Source of the DNA: a virus
DNA length: 64,000 bases
IMG/VR virus record: IMGVR_UViG_3300032249_000480
Location: 40,787 to 104,786 of that record
Strand: one strand, 5' to 3'
Each line of letters begins with the position of its first letter. The stretch's first letter is position 1. A program made the translations under genes and the position numbers. This document shows positions 1 through 10,071 of this stretch, piece after piece. The notes beneath the pieces are model-generated. The model saw only the letters and a program-made list of their open reading frames with translations. It searched no databases and had not been told where the DNA came from.

Positions 1-3000
1 GAGTCTTTTCCACCAGTCAATGTTCCATTTTCAAGTTCTAACACAAGCAAAATAATTGGATCTGTGCCAAGTTTGTCAACAATGACTATTGATGCAAAAA
101 GCGTATTTACTTTAAATGAATCAAACATTAATGAAGATTTTTCTAGCATCACTATAGGATTTTTTATTTATATAGATAATCCTTATACAAGATCAATTTC
201 TGTTGGATATGAATATTATAATCTTGGAACTTTGTCCTATGTTAAAAACATAAAAACAGTTGATGTAACATCTGCAAATTCTGATTCTTGGATTTTTGTT
301 TCTGGAACATTTAATTTACCAACAGTTGCATATGAAGACATTAAAATTGTTATTGAAATGGATACAATTAGTGGAGGAACTTCGGGAGATTATAACTTTT
401 ACATTAATGGATTAACAGTAGGACAATGGTCTGAAGAATTTAATCTAAAATCTTTAGGAATAAACACAGAAAGTATTCCAACAAATATTTCTTTGCCAAA
501 TACATTTAAGGTAGTTCCAGCCAAACAGTATTCTATCAATCAAAGTAATGCCTATTATTTATCTAATGACTCTACATTATTTGCTAAAAATTTTGGAATA
601 CCCCTTGCCTATGGCTCATCTAATGTTACAAAAATTTATGAAAACGTTGTTGGCGATGTAACATATCCTTCATTGATTTTTCCAGGAAGTGGATTTTTAA
701 ACAAAAGGGGTCAATATAACACATATACAGCAGAAATGTGGATTAGACTAAATACTGATACAAATACACCTAGAAAAATATTTGGTCCAATTTCTGATAA
801 AAATGGATTATATGCAGATGGATCATTTTTAACATTTGTTATAGGAAACAATATAGGCTCCCACTACATTGGTGAATGGAGTAGGCCTATGTTAATTGAC
901 ATTAGGTTTATAAAAAACAATATAAGCGTTTTATTAAATGGAGAACAAGTAATAAATATTAATATAAATGAAAACGACTTATTGTTTCCATCAGAATTTG
1001 ACAGTAATGGAAAAAGTCAAGACTGGCTAGGATTTTATACTTATAGTGATATTGGTTTATTTGAAATAGATTCTTTTTCCTTGTATTCTTATTCTGTTCC
1101 AACAGAAGTTGCAAAGCGTCGTTGGGTATGGGGACAAGGAATACTTCCACCAGAATCAACCAACTATTCATTAAATGCAAAAACCGCATATAATGATTAT
1201 TCTTTTGCAAATTATTCTTCAAACTATAACTATCCAAATTTTGCAAATTGGAATCAAGGGTTTTTTAGTAATATAGATACTTCAAAAGAACTTTTAAAAA
1301 TACCAGACTACAAACTTCCAGAATTTATATTAGATAATTTTTCATATGATAAATGGATAACAGATATTAAAGATTCACAAGAAGCAAATGCAACTAAATA
1401 TTTTACCTTTAGACCAAGTGAAGATTGGGATTCAAAAAATTGTTATATTTTCTTTAAAAATATGAACATTATAAATGAAAACTTAAAAATGTTTTATGGT
1501 GTTTTTAAATCAGATACAACATCTAATAACGAAACTTTATTTAAAATAGTAAATAATGTCACAAAAGATTATTTAAAATGCACAATTAATGGAAGCACTA
1601 TAACTTACTCAATTAATCTTTCAGGAGCACAAAGTGTTATAGGCACTAAAACAATTACTGCAAATGTTAATTTTGTCTGCGGAATAGATATAGGTAAACT
1701 CTCTAATCTTTCAATTAATGGAATTCGTAGTTTTTTTGCAACCTTGTCAAATTTATCTTTATATATTGGAGGAGAAGAAAGTAATACCTATACTGGCTTA
1801 ATGCTTAATTTTTCTTTTGATGCTGAATATAATAGTAAAAAAATTAATACTTCTTCAATTGATTCAAATGGACTATTTAATATAAATAGTAGCATTGGAA
1901 ATACTATAGCCCAACATACTGCAAACTATACTCTTAAACTTTTATATAAGTATGATATTTTGTTTGTAGATATTGCTTCTGCTGGCTATTGGGAAGACTA
2001 TATTCCATTGTCATATTTTGCAAAAACTACAAAAAATTATGAAGGTAAAGAATATTATGACCTTGATTCAATTCAAATTAATTTAGACTACCCAGAGCCA
2101 CTAGAAAGATCATCGGAAGAGTCTGTTGGTTTTTGGACATATCAAGATTTAAAAATTAGATACGAAACTCTTAATGGTTTTCAATATGTACAAACATACG
2201 GACAACTTGATAATAATATATATAGTGGTTGGGAAGATTATCAAGATATGTCAGAAGATTCTGAAAAATATTATAACTTTAATACAGAAAATAATTCAAT
2301 TAAGTCATACATCTCTTTTCAAAAAATTACTAATGGATCAAATAAAAATTTAATTGATTTTCTTAGTGTTGAGATAGCACCAGTTTCTGGCGTTATTGAG
2401 CCAGACTCATCACGTAATGAATGGGAAGATACGGCATTTGAGGTGTTTGATGGAACAATAATTTATGCACCATCAAAAAATAAAAATTTGGCCACAATAG
2501 ATTTTAATAACTATGCAATTGTTACACATCTTGACTTTATTTCAGATGGAATTTTTCATAATCCATTAAAGTTTAAGAGTCTTCAATATGCATCAAAAGT
2601 TTTAGAAAGAAATGATTTTTCAAAAATGGGAACAAAGTTTGGAACAAATCTATACCTATATAGAAAAACTGGAACATATTATGATTTTAAAGGACACAAC
2701 CCTGTTGCTACATACAAGGGAAGCACACCACACCTATTTTTAAATAATAATTCTGGATGGAAACTTAAAGGAGAGGCGTCTACTTTAATTGAAAGAGGTT
2801 TGTCTATGCCAGTTAACTTTGAAAAAGGAATTAATTATAAGGTCAGTTCTATTCAAATGTGGTTAAGATATTCTGAACGAGTGTTTCCTACAGTTGGATC
2901 ATTAATGTTATCAGTTAATCACAAAAACTCCATATACGATTTTTATCTTGAGGGCGATTCAAGCACTCAAAGAGGATATGTATATGGTATAGATAGATAT

Positions 3001-3522
3001 AGTGGTAATCCATTAACAAATGTTATATATTCTATTAATGGAAATATTGTTGATACGCCATACATTGTTAATGAAAATTGGTCAGTTTTGGGAATTGGTT
3101 TTTCTGATTTATTAGATTTTAGTGAATATAGTGGAACAATAAATGTTACTGGCAACATTACATTTAATAATTTATCATATTATTTATCAGATGATTTACA
3201 ACAAAAACAAAAAATAAAATCAAGGCTATGGTCAGAAGTAAAAGATGGTTCTAAGACTTGGACATATTGGGAAACACCACTTGACATTAACTCTGATGGA
3301 GATTATTCAGATGCTGGCGAACTTGACGGAACCTGGAGAAGTATTTACGTTATAGAAGATTCAACGTTTTATAATATAAATCCAAATATTGTCTATAATG
3401 GCTATGTCGGTATTGATAGAATTATTGTTGATGATTCCGTAAATGGGATTATGGTTGATCCAGAAAAATTTAAGGTATATTCTAGTCCTGCTTGGTCAAC
3501 ATTTACAAAGACTCCTGCATAG
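1..3522 (+). CDS. Large virion structural protein with concanavalin A/LamG-like beta-sandwich region; 5'-truncated by the window edge
   Basis: Frame 1 is open from base 1 (ESFPPVNVPF...). Beta-rich, Asn/Ser/Tyr-rich. LamG-like segment YTAEMWIRLN...LTFVIG...ISVLLNGE. Lies upstream of the portal. Confidence 0.55.
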   Translation, partial: ESFPPVNVPFSSSNTSKIIGSVPSLSTMTIDAKSVFTLNESNINEDFSSITIGFFIYIDNPYTRSISVGYEYYNLGTLSYVKNIKTVDVTSANSDSWIFVSGTFNLPTVAYEDIKIVIEMDTISGGTSGDYNFYINGLTVGQWSEEFNLKSLGINTESIPTNISLPNTFKVVPAKQYSINQSNAYYLSNDSTLFAKNFGIPLAYGSSNVTKIYENVVGDVTYPSLIFPGSGFLNKRGQYNTYTAEMWIRLNTDTNTPRKIFGPISDKNGLYADGSFLTFVIGNNIGSHYIGEWSRPMLIDIRFIKNNISVLLNGEQVINININENDLLFPSEFDSNGKSQDWLGFYTYSDIGLFEIDSFSLYSYSVPTEVAKRRWVWGQGILPPESTNYSLNAKTAYNDYSFANYSSNYNYPNFANWNQGFFSNIDTSKELLKIPDYKLPEFILDNFSYDKWITDIKDSQEANATKYFTFRPSEDWDSKNCYIFFKNMNIINENLKMFYGVFKSDTTSNNETLFKIVNNVTKDYLKCTINGSTITYSINLSGAQSVIGTKTITANVNFVCGIDIGKLSNLSINGIRSFFATLSNLSLYIGGEESNTYTGLMLNFSFDAEYNSKKINTSSIDSNGLFNINSSIGNTIAQHTANYTLKLLYKYDILFVDIASAGYWEDYIPLSYFAKTTKNYEGKEYYDLDSIQINLDYPEPLERSSEESVGFWTYQDLKIRYETLNGFQYVQTYGQLDNNIYSGWEDYQDMSEDSEKYYNFNTENNSIKSYISFQKITNGSNKNLIDFLSVEIAPVSGVIEPDSSRNEWEDTAFEVFDGTIIYAPSKNKNLATIDFNNYAIVTHLDFISDGIFHNPLKFKSLQYASKVLERNDFSKMGTKFGTNLYLYRKTGTYYDFKGHNPVATYKGSTPHLFLNNNSGWKLKGEASTLIERGLSMPVNFEKGINYKVSSIQMWLRYSERVFPTVGSLMLSVNHKNSIYDFYLEGDSSTQRGYVYGIDRYSGNPLTNVIYSINGNIVDTPYIVNENWSVLGIGFSDLLDFSEYSGTINVTGNITFNNLSYYLSDDLQQKQKIKSRLWSEVKDGSKTWTYWETPLDINSDGDYSDAGELDGTWRSIYVIEDSTFYNINPNIVYNGYVGIDRIIVDDSVNGIMVDPEKFKVYSSPAWSTFTKTPA

Positions 3523-3540
3523 TCTGGTATACTTGTGGTT

Positions 3541-3936
3541 ATGGATGGATTAATTAACCCAAAAACTGGTAAACCTATTGTAGAAAATGTTCGTCGCCAA
3601 GTCATTGATAAGCACTATGACTGGGGACTTTATGTGTATAAAAAGGCTAGTGGAGCCTATTTCACAGATGGCGAAGGAAATGTTCTAAATATTCCTTCTA
3701 ATAAAAACGATATTGGTCAAATTAATAAGTTAAAGGCAGCAGCAATTTATCATGGAGATCCTGGAGACGGCAAGGCCGTTTTTGTTCCAGGGCTTACAAG
3801 AGTTACTGAAGAAGAATACTCAGAACAACTAGATAGAATGAAAGCAGGATTAATTCCTTCAATGAACGACCTTGGTGCTTGGAAGGCTGCACAAGACACT
3901 GTTGATAAGTATGGAAGAGGTATTTTAGATGAGTGA
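3541..3936 (+). CDS. Hypothetical protein of the head module
   Basis: ATG 7 nt after TGGTATACT (leaderless geometry); overlaps the portal start. Confidence 0.7.
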   Translation: MDGLINPKTGKPIVENVRRQVIDKHYDWGLYVYKKASGAYFTDGEGNVLNIPSNKNDIGQINKLKAAAIYHGDPGDGKAVFVPGLTRVTEEEYSEQLDRMKAGLIPSMNDLGAWKAAQDTVDKYGRGILDE

Positions 3937-5569
3937 TGATTTTGAGTTTCAATATGTTTCCGCAGCACTAAATACTCAAGAAAAAGATGAGAATCCTTTT
4001 AAGAAAAGCGATCCATTTAATCAAGACTGGAACAACCTTAAAGATCTTTTAGGACTTGAGCAGAACTTTAAACGCCGTACAGCAAGAACAGTAACAAAAG
4101 CAGTTGATACATACAACTCTGCGGTAATGACTCAACAGCCTGCTCCAACTGATCAATATCTTGCAAATGCTAGAGCGAGTCAAGTTGGAGATGGTGCAGG
4201 ATCAAAAACAATAAATCCTGGAACTGTTTATCGTAATGGATATGGAATCTTTGACGTAATTACACCACCATACAATATGTACGAACTAGCCAATTTTTAT
4301 GATACATCTTTTGCTAATCATGCTGCTATTGATGCAAAGGTAGAAAACGTTGTTGGTCTTGGATATCATTTTGAAATGAACGCTCAAACAATGATGAAAT
4401 TATCTGCATCTACTGATGAAGCAGCAACAGAAAGAGCAAGAAGAAGAATTGAAAGACTTAAGATTGATGCAAAAGAATGGATTGAAGGCTTAAACACAGA
4501 TGATAGTTTTACAACTATTATGGAAAAAGTTTACACAGATGTACAGGCAACTGGTAACGGATATCTTGAAATTGGTCGTAAGGTAAATGGAGAAATTGGA
4601 TATATTGGTCATGTTCCATCTACTACAATGCGTGTACGTCGTTTGCGTGATGGATATGTACAGATTATTGGACCACGCTTAGTTTATTTCCGTAACTTTG
4701 GGGCAAAGAATCAAAACCCATTAACATCAGATAATCGTCCTAATGAAATTATTCACTTTAAAGAATACTCTCCGCTAAATACATATTATGGAGTACCAGA
4801 CATTATTGCTGCTATGCCATCTCTTATTGGAGATCAACTTGCTTCTCAGTATAATATTGACTACTTTGAAAACAAGGCTGTACCAAGATATATTATTACT
4901 CTTAAAGGTGCAAAACTCTCTCCTGACGCAGAAGATAAAATGTTTAGATTCCTTCAAACTGGATTAAAGTCTCAATCTCACCGCACTCTTTATATTCCGC
5001 TTCCTGGAGATTCAGATACTAATAAGGTTGAATTTAAGATGGAGCCAATTGAAAATGGTATTCAGGATGGTTCATTTAAAGAATATCGTAAGCAGAATCG
5101 TGATGATATTCTTATTGCCCATCAGGTTCCAATCTCTAAGTTGGGTGGGGCAGACTCAGGTATCGCTGCAGCCCTTTCACAGGATCGCACTTTTAAGGAA
5201 CAGGTTGCTCGTCCAGAACAAGAAAAAATTGAAAAGTTTATTAGCAAAATTGTCAAGGAATTTACAGACATTGTTGAACTTAAATTCAATGAATTAACCC
5301 TTACAGATGAGATTGCTCAATCACAGATTCTTGAAAGATATGTTAAGAATCAAATTATGTTACCTAATGAGGCTCGTGAGATTTTAGATCTTCCACAAGC
5401 ACCTCATGGAGACAAGCCTTTAGAATTAACTGCTAGAGCAGCAGCAGATGCTAATGCTAACAATGCAAAAAATAGATCAAGAGATGCCGAAAGAACAAAC
5501 AACTCATCCGATAGCCCTGCAACAGTTGCTGGTAGGAATCCAAAAGGCACTGGTAGATCATCTCAATAA
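3929..5569 (+). CDS. Portal protein
   Basis: Portal-like motifs TGNGYLEI, EIIHFKEYSPLNTYYGVP, YFENKAVP, DILIAHQVP, PNEAREILDLP; position before protease and capsid. Confidence 0.92.
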   Translation: MSDDFEFQYVSAALNTQEKDENPFKKSDPFNQDWNNLKDLLGLEQNFKRRTARTVTKAVDTYNSAVMTQQPAPTDQYLANARASQVGDGAGSKTINPGTVYRNGYGIFDVITPPYNMYELANFYDTSFANHAAIDAKVENVVGLGYHFEMNAQTMMKLSASTDEAATERARRRIERLKIDAKEWIEGLNTDDSFTTIMEKVYTDVQATGNGYLEIGRKVNGEIGYIGHVPSTTMRVRRLRDGYVQIIGPRLVYFRNFGAKNQNPLTSDNRPNEIIHFKEYSPLNTYYGVPDIIAAMPSLIGDQLASQYNIDYFENKAVPRYIITLKGAKLSPDAEDKMFRFLQTGLKSQSHRTLYIPLPGDSDTNKVEFKMEPIENGIQDGSFKEYRKQNRDDILIAHQVPISKLGGADSGIAAALSQDRTFKEQVARPEQEKIEKFISKIVKEFTDIVELKFNELTLTDEIAQSQILERYVKNQIMLPNEAREILDLPQAPHGDKPLELTARAAADANANNAKNRSRDAERTNNSSDSPATVAGRNPKGTGRSSQ

Positions 5570-5609
5570 CTGAGATGTGTGTTAAAATCTTTGGTATAAT
5601 AGGAGAGAT

Positions 5610-6920
5610 ATGAATATCAATAAAGCCCACTGGTCAACTGAAGGAACAAGTGTTCGTCTCTCAATGCCTTTTGCTAAGGTAGACGCAGAGCGTAGAATTG
5701 TATCTGGTTTTGCAACTTTGGATAACCTAGATAAGCAAAATGATATTGTTACACAAGAAGCAAGCGTTGCCGCATTTGAAAAATTCAAGGGTAATATCCG
5801 TGAAATGCATCAACCATTAGCAGTAGGCAAACTAGTATCATTTAAACAAGATCGCTATTTTGATCCTAGCACAAAAAAATTTTATAACGGAGTATATGTT
5901 TCTGCATATGTTTCAAAGGGGGCACAAGATACTTGGGAAAAAGTACTTGATGGAACCCTTTCAAGTTTTTCAATTGGTGGAAATATCCACAAGTGGGACG
6001 ATGCAATTGATGAAGCAAGCCAAAAGTCAATTAGAATTATTAAAGACTATGACCTTTTTGAATTATCTTTAGTTGATTCACCAGCAAATCAACTTGCAAA
6101 TATTTTGTCTGTACAAAAGAATGCAGATGGACAAACAACCTTTACTGGATCTTCTTCAGAGGTTGTAGTTGAGAATGTATTCTGGGATTCTACAAATGGT
6201 ATTGTTTCTTTATCTCAAAATGATTCAGAAGTGAGTCCAGTTGATGGAACACAAATGAAGAATATAGGCTTTGTTGAAAAAAGTGACAATGAAAAAGCAG
6301 AAATGATAAAATTCTTAGTTGATAGTGCAAAAGGCATTAGTACAATTAAGATGACAAAGGAGGAAAATACAATGACAGAAGATACAAACACAGTCGCTGA
6401 TGCAGAGGTTGAAACAACAACCGCTGATGCACCAGTTGCAGTAGAGTCAGTCGTTGAAGATGCTCCAGAGACAACATCAGAAGAAGTTACAAAGACAGTT
6501 GATGAAGTAATTGCTGAAGACTCTGTTTTGGAAAAAGCAGATGAATCAGTAGATACAGATATTGTTAATGTAGAAAAGTCTGATGAGGCAGTCGCCACTG
6601 CCGTTACAGAGATAAAAGAATCTCTCGCTAATGCCTTTGGAGATTTAACTTCAACAGTTAAATCAATCAGCGACGTAGTTGCTGAATTAAAGAAATCACT
6701 TGATAATGTTACAGAACAAGTTACATCAGTAACTAAGGAAGTATCAGATATTAAGGGTGGAGTAGATGAGTTTGGAAAGAGAGTAGATGCCGTAGAGCAA
6801 GATACCGCTTTCCGCAAGTCTGGCGATCTAGGCGAGATCGTGCAGGAGTTTGCAGAAATGCCAACTCAAAAATCCCTATGGGGCGGACGTTTCCTCAAAT
6901 CATCCGACCTATTTAACTAA
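5610..6920 (+). CDS. Prohead maturation protease (HK97-type) fused to acidic/coiled-coil scaffold
   Basis: RIVSGFA, D..ND.V, EMH, FSIGG, ELSLVDSPAN motifs; acidic low-complexity and heptad-rich C-terminal half. Confidence 0.88.
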   Translation: MNINKAHWSTEGTSVRLSMPFAKVDAERRIVSGFATLDNLDKQNDIVTQEASVAAFEKFKGNIREMHQPLAVGKLVSFKQDRYFDPSTKKFYNGVYVSAYVSKGAQDTWEKVLDGTLSSFSIGGNIHKWDDAIDEASQKSIRIIKDYDLFELSLVDSPANQLANILSVQKNADGQTTFTGSSSEVVVENVFWDSTNGIVSLSQNDSEVSPVDGTQMKNIGFVEKSDNEKAEMIKFLVDSAKGISTIKMTKEENTMTEDTNTVADAEVETTTADAPVAVESVVEDAPETTSEEVTKTVDEVIAEDSVLEKADESVDTDIVNVEKSDEAVATAVTEIKESLANAFGDLTSTVKSISDVVAELKKSLDNVTEQVTSVTKEVSDIKGGVDEFGKRVDAVEQDTAFRKSGDLGEIVQEFAEMPTQKSLWGGRFLKSSDLFN

Positions 6921-6955
6921 AAAATATATATAAAAATCACTAGGAGGTGAAATAT

Positions 6956-8080
6956 ATGTCAGAACAAAACACAGAGATCGTAAAGAACTATCCGTCGTCA
7001 ACTTCACCAGCAGGAGCATTTAACTCCGAAGGTACTTTTGCGTCAGGTGGTATCGGATCAGTATCTTCTCCAGCAGGAGGGATACTAGGTAACACAGCCA
7101 CAGCAAATATGGGTGTTACTACTGGACCAAACGCCGTTAGCCCAACAGGTGCACTAGGAGGAATCCTATTGCCAGAGCAGGCTCGTCGTTTCATTGACTA
7201 CGTGTGGGATGCAACAATTCTCGCCCAAGATGGTCGTAAGGTTACTATGAGAGCCAATACGATTGAACTTGAGAAAGTCAACGTTGGTGAGCGTGTAATT
7301 CGTGCAGCAGCACAAGGCTCAAACGATTACACAAACGCTGGTGCTACATTTACTAAGGTGGAACTAACAACCAAGAAGATTCGTCTTGATTGGGAAATTT
7401 CAACTGAAGCACTTGAAGACAATATTGAAGGAGGAGCACTTGAAGACCACATCGTTCGCTTGATGACTAATGCTTTCGGAAACGACATTGAAGATCTAGC
7501 AATTAACGGTGATGGTGCAACAGGTAACTTCCTTTCAATTATGAACGGTTTCGTAAACCGCACAAAGGCTGTTGGTTCAGGAGCACACGAGTCAATCGTG
7601 ACTGTTTCAAACAACGCATGGACAACTGATGTAATGCAAAACATTATCTTGGCAATGCCACGTAAGTATCGTGCACTTAAGTCAAACCTTAAGTTCTATG
7701 CAGGTACAGACGCATTCCAGGGTATTATCAAGCACAACGGAACACTTGCTGATGCAGTTGCAGAAGCATTTGCTAACCGTCCAGCGGGTACACCTGCAAA
7801 CCGTCAGAACTATCTTGATGGAGTTGGACAGACATTCGGTGGAGCACGTACAACTCGTGTTCTAGGAATTGATGTTCAGGAAGTTCCTTACTACCCTGCA
7901 GGATTTGTAGATCTTACATTCCCACAGAACCGTGTATGGGGATTCCAAAGAGATATCACTGTAAACCGTGAGTACAAGCCAAAGAAGGACACTGTAGAAT
8001 ACACAGTATTCGTTCGTTTCGGCGTACAATGGGAAGAACTTGATGCAGTTGCTTACGCAGATGCAATCGCAGAATCCTAA
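6956..8080 (+). CDS. Major capsid protein (HK97 fold)
   Basis: AGGAGGT SD before ATG 6956; GGILLPEQARRFID, EALEDNIEG, EDLAINGD; strongly biased codon use; follows protease. Confidence 0.92.
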   Translation: MSEQNTEIVKNYPSSTSPAGAFNSEGTFASGGIGSVSSPAGGILGNTATANMGVTTGPNAVSPTGALGGILLPEQARRFIDYVWDATILAQDGRKVTMRANTIELEKVNVGERVIRAAAQGSNDYTNAGATFTKVELTTKKIRLDWEISTEALEDNIEGGALEDHIVRLMTNAFGNDIEDLAINGDGATGNFLSIMNGFVNRTKAVGSGAHESIVTVSNNAWTTDVMQNIILAMPRKYRALKSNLKFYAGTDAFQGIIKHNGTLADAVAEAFANRPAGTPANRQNYLDGVGQTFGGARTTRVLGIDVQEVPYYPAGFVDLTFPQNRVWGFQRDITVNREYKPKKDTVEYTVFVRFGVQWEELDAVAYADAIAES

Positions 8081-8106
8081 AAAATAGTTCTTAATTGAAC
8101 CTGATT

Positions 8107-8136
8107 GGGGGGGCGGATAAAACCGCCCCTCCTTTC
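8107..8136 (+). terminator. GC-rich hairpin, probable leaky intrinsic terminator after capsid gene
   Basis: gggggggcgg-ataaaa-ccgcccctcc followed by only a short T run. Confidence 0.65.
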
Positions 8137-8152
8137 CACTTTAAGGAGAAAT

Positions 8153-8398
8153 ATGTCATATTCAAGTACAAATCCAAATCAAACATTAAATGCAGATGGT
8201 GCATTGGCAATTGGTAATGTAGGTGGAGTTATTATAATGGGTACGAATGGATTAATTACTCAAGATAATGCATTAGGGAATATTAATGGAGATGTAATTT
8301 TTGGGGATACAACAGGACCAAATGCAGTAAATCCATCAGGAATACCATCAGGTGGCAAAAAACCACAACAAAATAATTTTATTAGTTATAAAAGATAA
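8153..8398 (+). CDS. 81-aa paralog of the major capsid N-terminal arm
   Basis: AAGGAG SD before ATG 8153. GDTTGPNAVNPSG...PQQNNFISY aligns with capsid GVTTGPNAVSPTG...PEQARRFIDY. Confidence 0.8.
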   Translation: MSYSSTNPNQTLNADGALAIGNVGGVIIMGTNGLITQDNALGNINGDVIFGDTTGPNAVNPSGIPSGGKKPQQNNFISYKR

Positions 8399-8430
8399 GC
8401 ATTCTGGTATAATAAACACAGGAGGATTCA

Positions 8431-8652
8431 ATGACAAATTCAAAAACAGTTAAGCCTGTTAAAGAAGAAATAACAAACAAAGTTAATGAAACAGTAGCAA
8501 TATTTTCTTCTAGAAATTTATATTGGAACGAAGTAGGATCTTTGATTATTGGCTATAACATTGTGTCTTCAGAAAATTCAGAAAGATGGCTGCAACATAA
8601 AGCAGTACGCTTGGCTAGTCCAGAAGAGGTGGCGAAAGCCTACGGTAAATAA
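8431..8652 (+). CDS. Small hypothetical head-module protein
   Basis: Own TGGTATAAT box (8405-8413) and AGGAGG SD. Confidence 0.7.
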   Translation: MTNSKTVKPVKEEITNKVNETVAIFSSRNLYWNEVGSLIIGYNIVSSENSERWLQHKAVRLASPEEVAKAYGK

Positions 8653-8654
8653 AT

Positions 8655-9617
8655 ATGATAATTAATAGACAACCACCATACCCAATTAGCATTGTCTACG
8701 ATGTACCATCACCAAATGTAAGTTATCGCTTTACAATTGAAAATGATAAAGGTACTATTGCAAAAGATGTACTTATAACCTCAAGTGCAAGTTCAAAGAT
8801 AACTTATGTTTTAACTGGAGATTTTCTTGCATACGATCATGATTATGATGTTAATATTTATACAACAACAGGAACAGAAAAATATGCGGTTGTTCAAGAT
8901 ACATTAAATGTTATTAGACCATATGTAGATGTAAGAAAACTAGTAACAACTGCATCAGAAATAGCAAAATATGAAGAAGACGAATTACTTGCAAGAACAA
9001 TTATAAATTCAGTAATTGGTCCAGATGGCTTTATGTTTCAAAAAAATATACTAGAGGTTGTTGGACAAGGAACAGACTATTTACCATTGTGGAATCGTGG
9101 ATATAGAGTTCTAGGGGTATATGAAAATTCAGAACTTGTATATGACTTATCTTTAGAAGAACCAGCAATTACTGGATACACATATGGAGTAACAGTAGAT
9201 GGATCAGCCATATATAAAGATGACGCAAGTTTGGGTAGTTATAATCGTGCTGAGAAAAAACCACTAGAATATAGAAGGTCTGTATCAGATTCCTTTAATG
9301 CATATAGTGCTTTGGATACTCCAACATTTAGCGCAAACAATACTGGAGTTATGTTTCCAGAGGGAGTAGACTACGTAATTGTTTATGAAACAGGATATAA
9401 GGTTGTTCCAAATGACATAAAAGATGCAACACTTAGATTGATGGATGACATTCGTTGCGGTAAACTAGATTATTATAAACGAGCAATTGAGTCTTATCAA
9501 ACTGATCAGTTTACAATCAAATGGGATAAGAGACATCTTGAGGGTACTGGCAACTTAATGGTAGATAAAACTCTAGAAAAATATACAACAACATTGCGTA
9601 AACCTTGGGTGATTTAA
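8655..9617 (+). CDS. Head-tail adaptor protein
   Basis: Position after capsid; C-terminal YETGYKVVPNDIKDATLRL typical of adaptors. Confidence 0.65.
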   Translation: MIINRQPPYPISIVYDVPSPNVSYRFTIENDKGTIAKDVLITSSASSKITYVLTGDFLAYDHDYDVNIYTTTGTEKYAVVQDTLNVIRPYVDVRKLVTTASEIAKYEEDELLARTIINSVIGPDGFMFQKNILEVVGQGTDYLPLWNRGYRVLGVYENSELVYDLSLEEPAITGYTYGVTVDGSAIYKDDASLGSYNRAEKKPLEYRRSVSDSFNAYSALDTPTFSANNTGVMFPEGVDYVIVYETGYKVVPNDIKDATLRLMDDIRCGKLDYYKRAIESYQTDQFTIKWDKRHLEGTGNLMVDKTLEKYTTTLRKPWVI

Positions 9618-9618
9618 T

Positions 9619-10071
9619 ATGGCTACAGTTAATTGTGAAGCCACAGATTTATATTTTCCAATGCTTGCAGATATTTATTATCCAATAATTAGTCAAGGAT
9701 CATATGGAGAAGTAAAAAAGGATTGGGTGTTTGATAGAACTATTGCACTTAATGTTATGCCATATTCCAAAAAAAATTCAGGAGAAATTAGTCCAGCAGT
9801 TTTTTTACAATATAAAGACATCTTAATTGGCAGAACAAGAACAGATTTAAGAGTAACCACAAGAGAAGTAAATGAAGCCTTAACTAACATATTATTGACT
9901 AATATCAGAACTGCTTCTGGTCAACTTATATACGAAGAAACTGCAGGACCTAGAAATGGCAAGGGTACAATATACGAATTAGCAGCATATGACCCACATC
10001 TTGCTCCTTATGGCAACATTGACTACTATGGATTTACAATTCGCAGATCAGAAAATCAAGCGGTAAATTAA
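9619..10071 (+). CDS. Head closure/stopper protein
   Basis: Synteny, size, beta-rich composition. Confidence 0.5.
   Translation: MATVNCEATDLYFPMLADIYYPIISQGSYGEVKKDWVFDRTIALNVMPYSKKNSGEISPAVFLQYKDILIGRTRTDLRVTTREVNEALTNILLTNIRTASGQLIYEETAGPRNGKGTIYELAAYDPHLAPYGNIDYYGFTIRRSENQAVN

Noticed and set aside
6215-6817. 200-aa minus-strand ORF, and similar antisense ORFs at 7327, 14217, 43637, 44997 and 45402
   Set aside because: Antisense shadows of codon-biased plus-strand genes; no SD, promoter or recognisable motif.
8105-8152. ORF-track N-terminal extension MGGRIKPPLL...
   Set aside because: Runs through the terminator hairpin; the SD supports ATG 8153.
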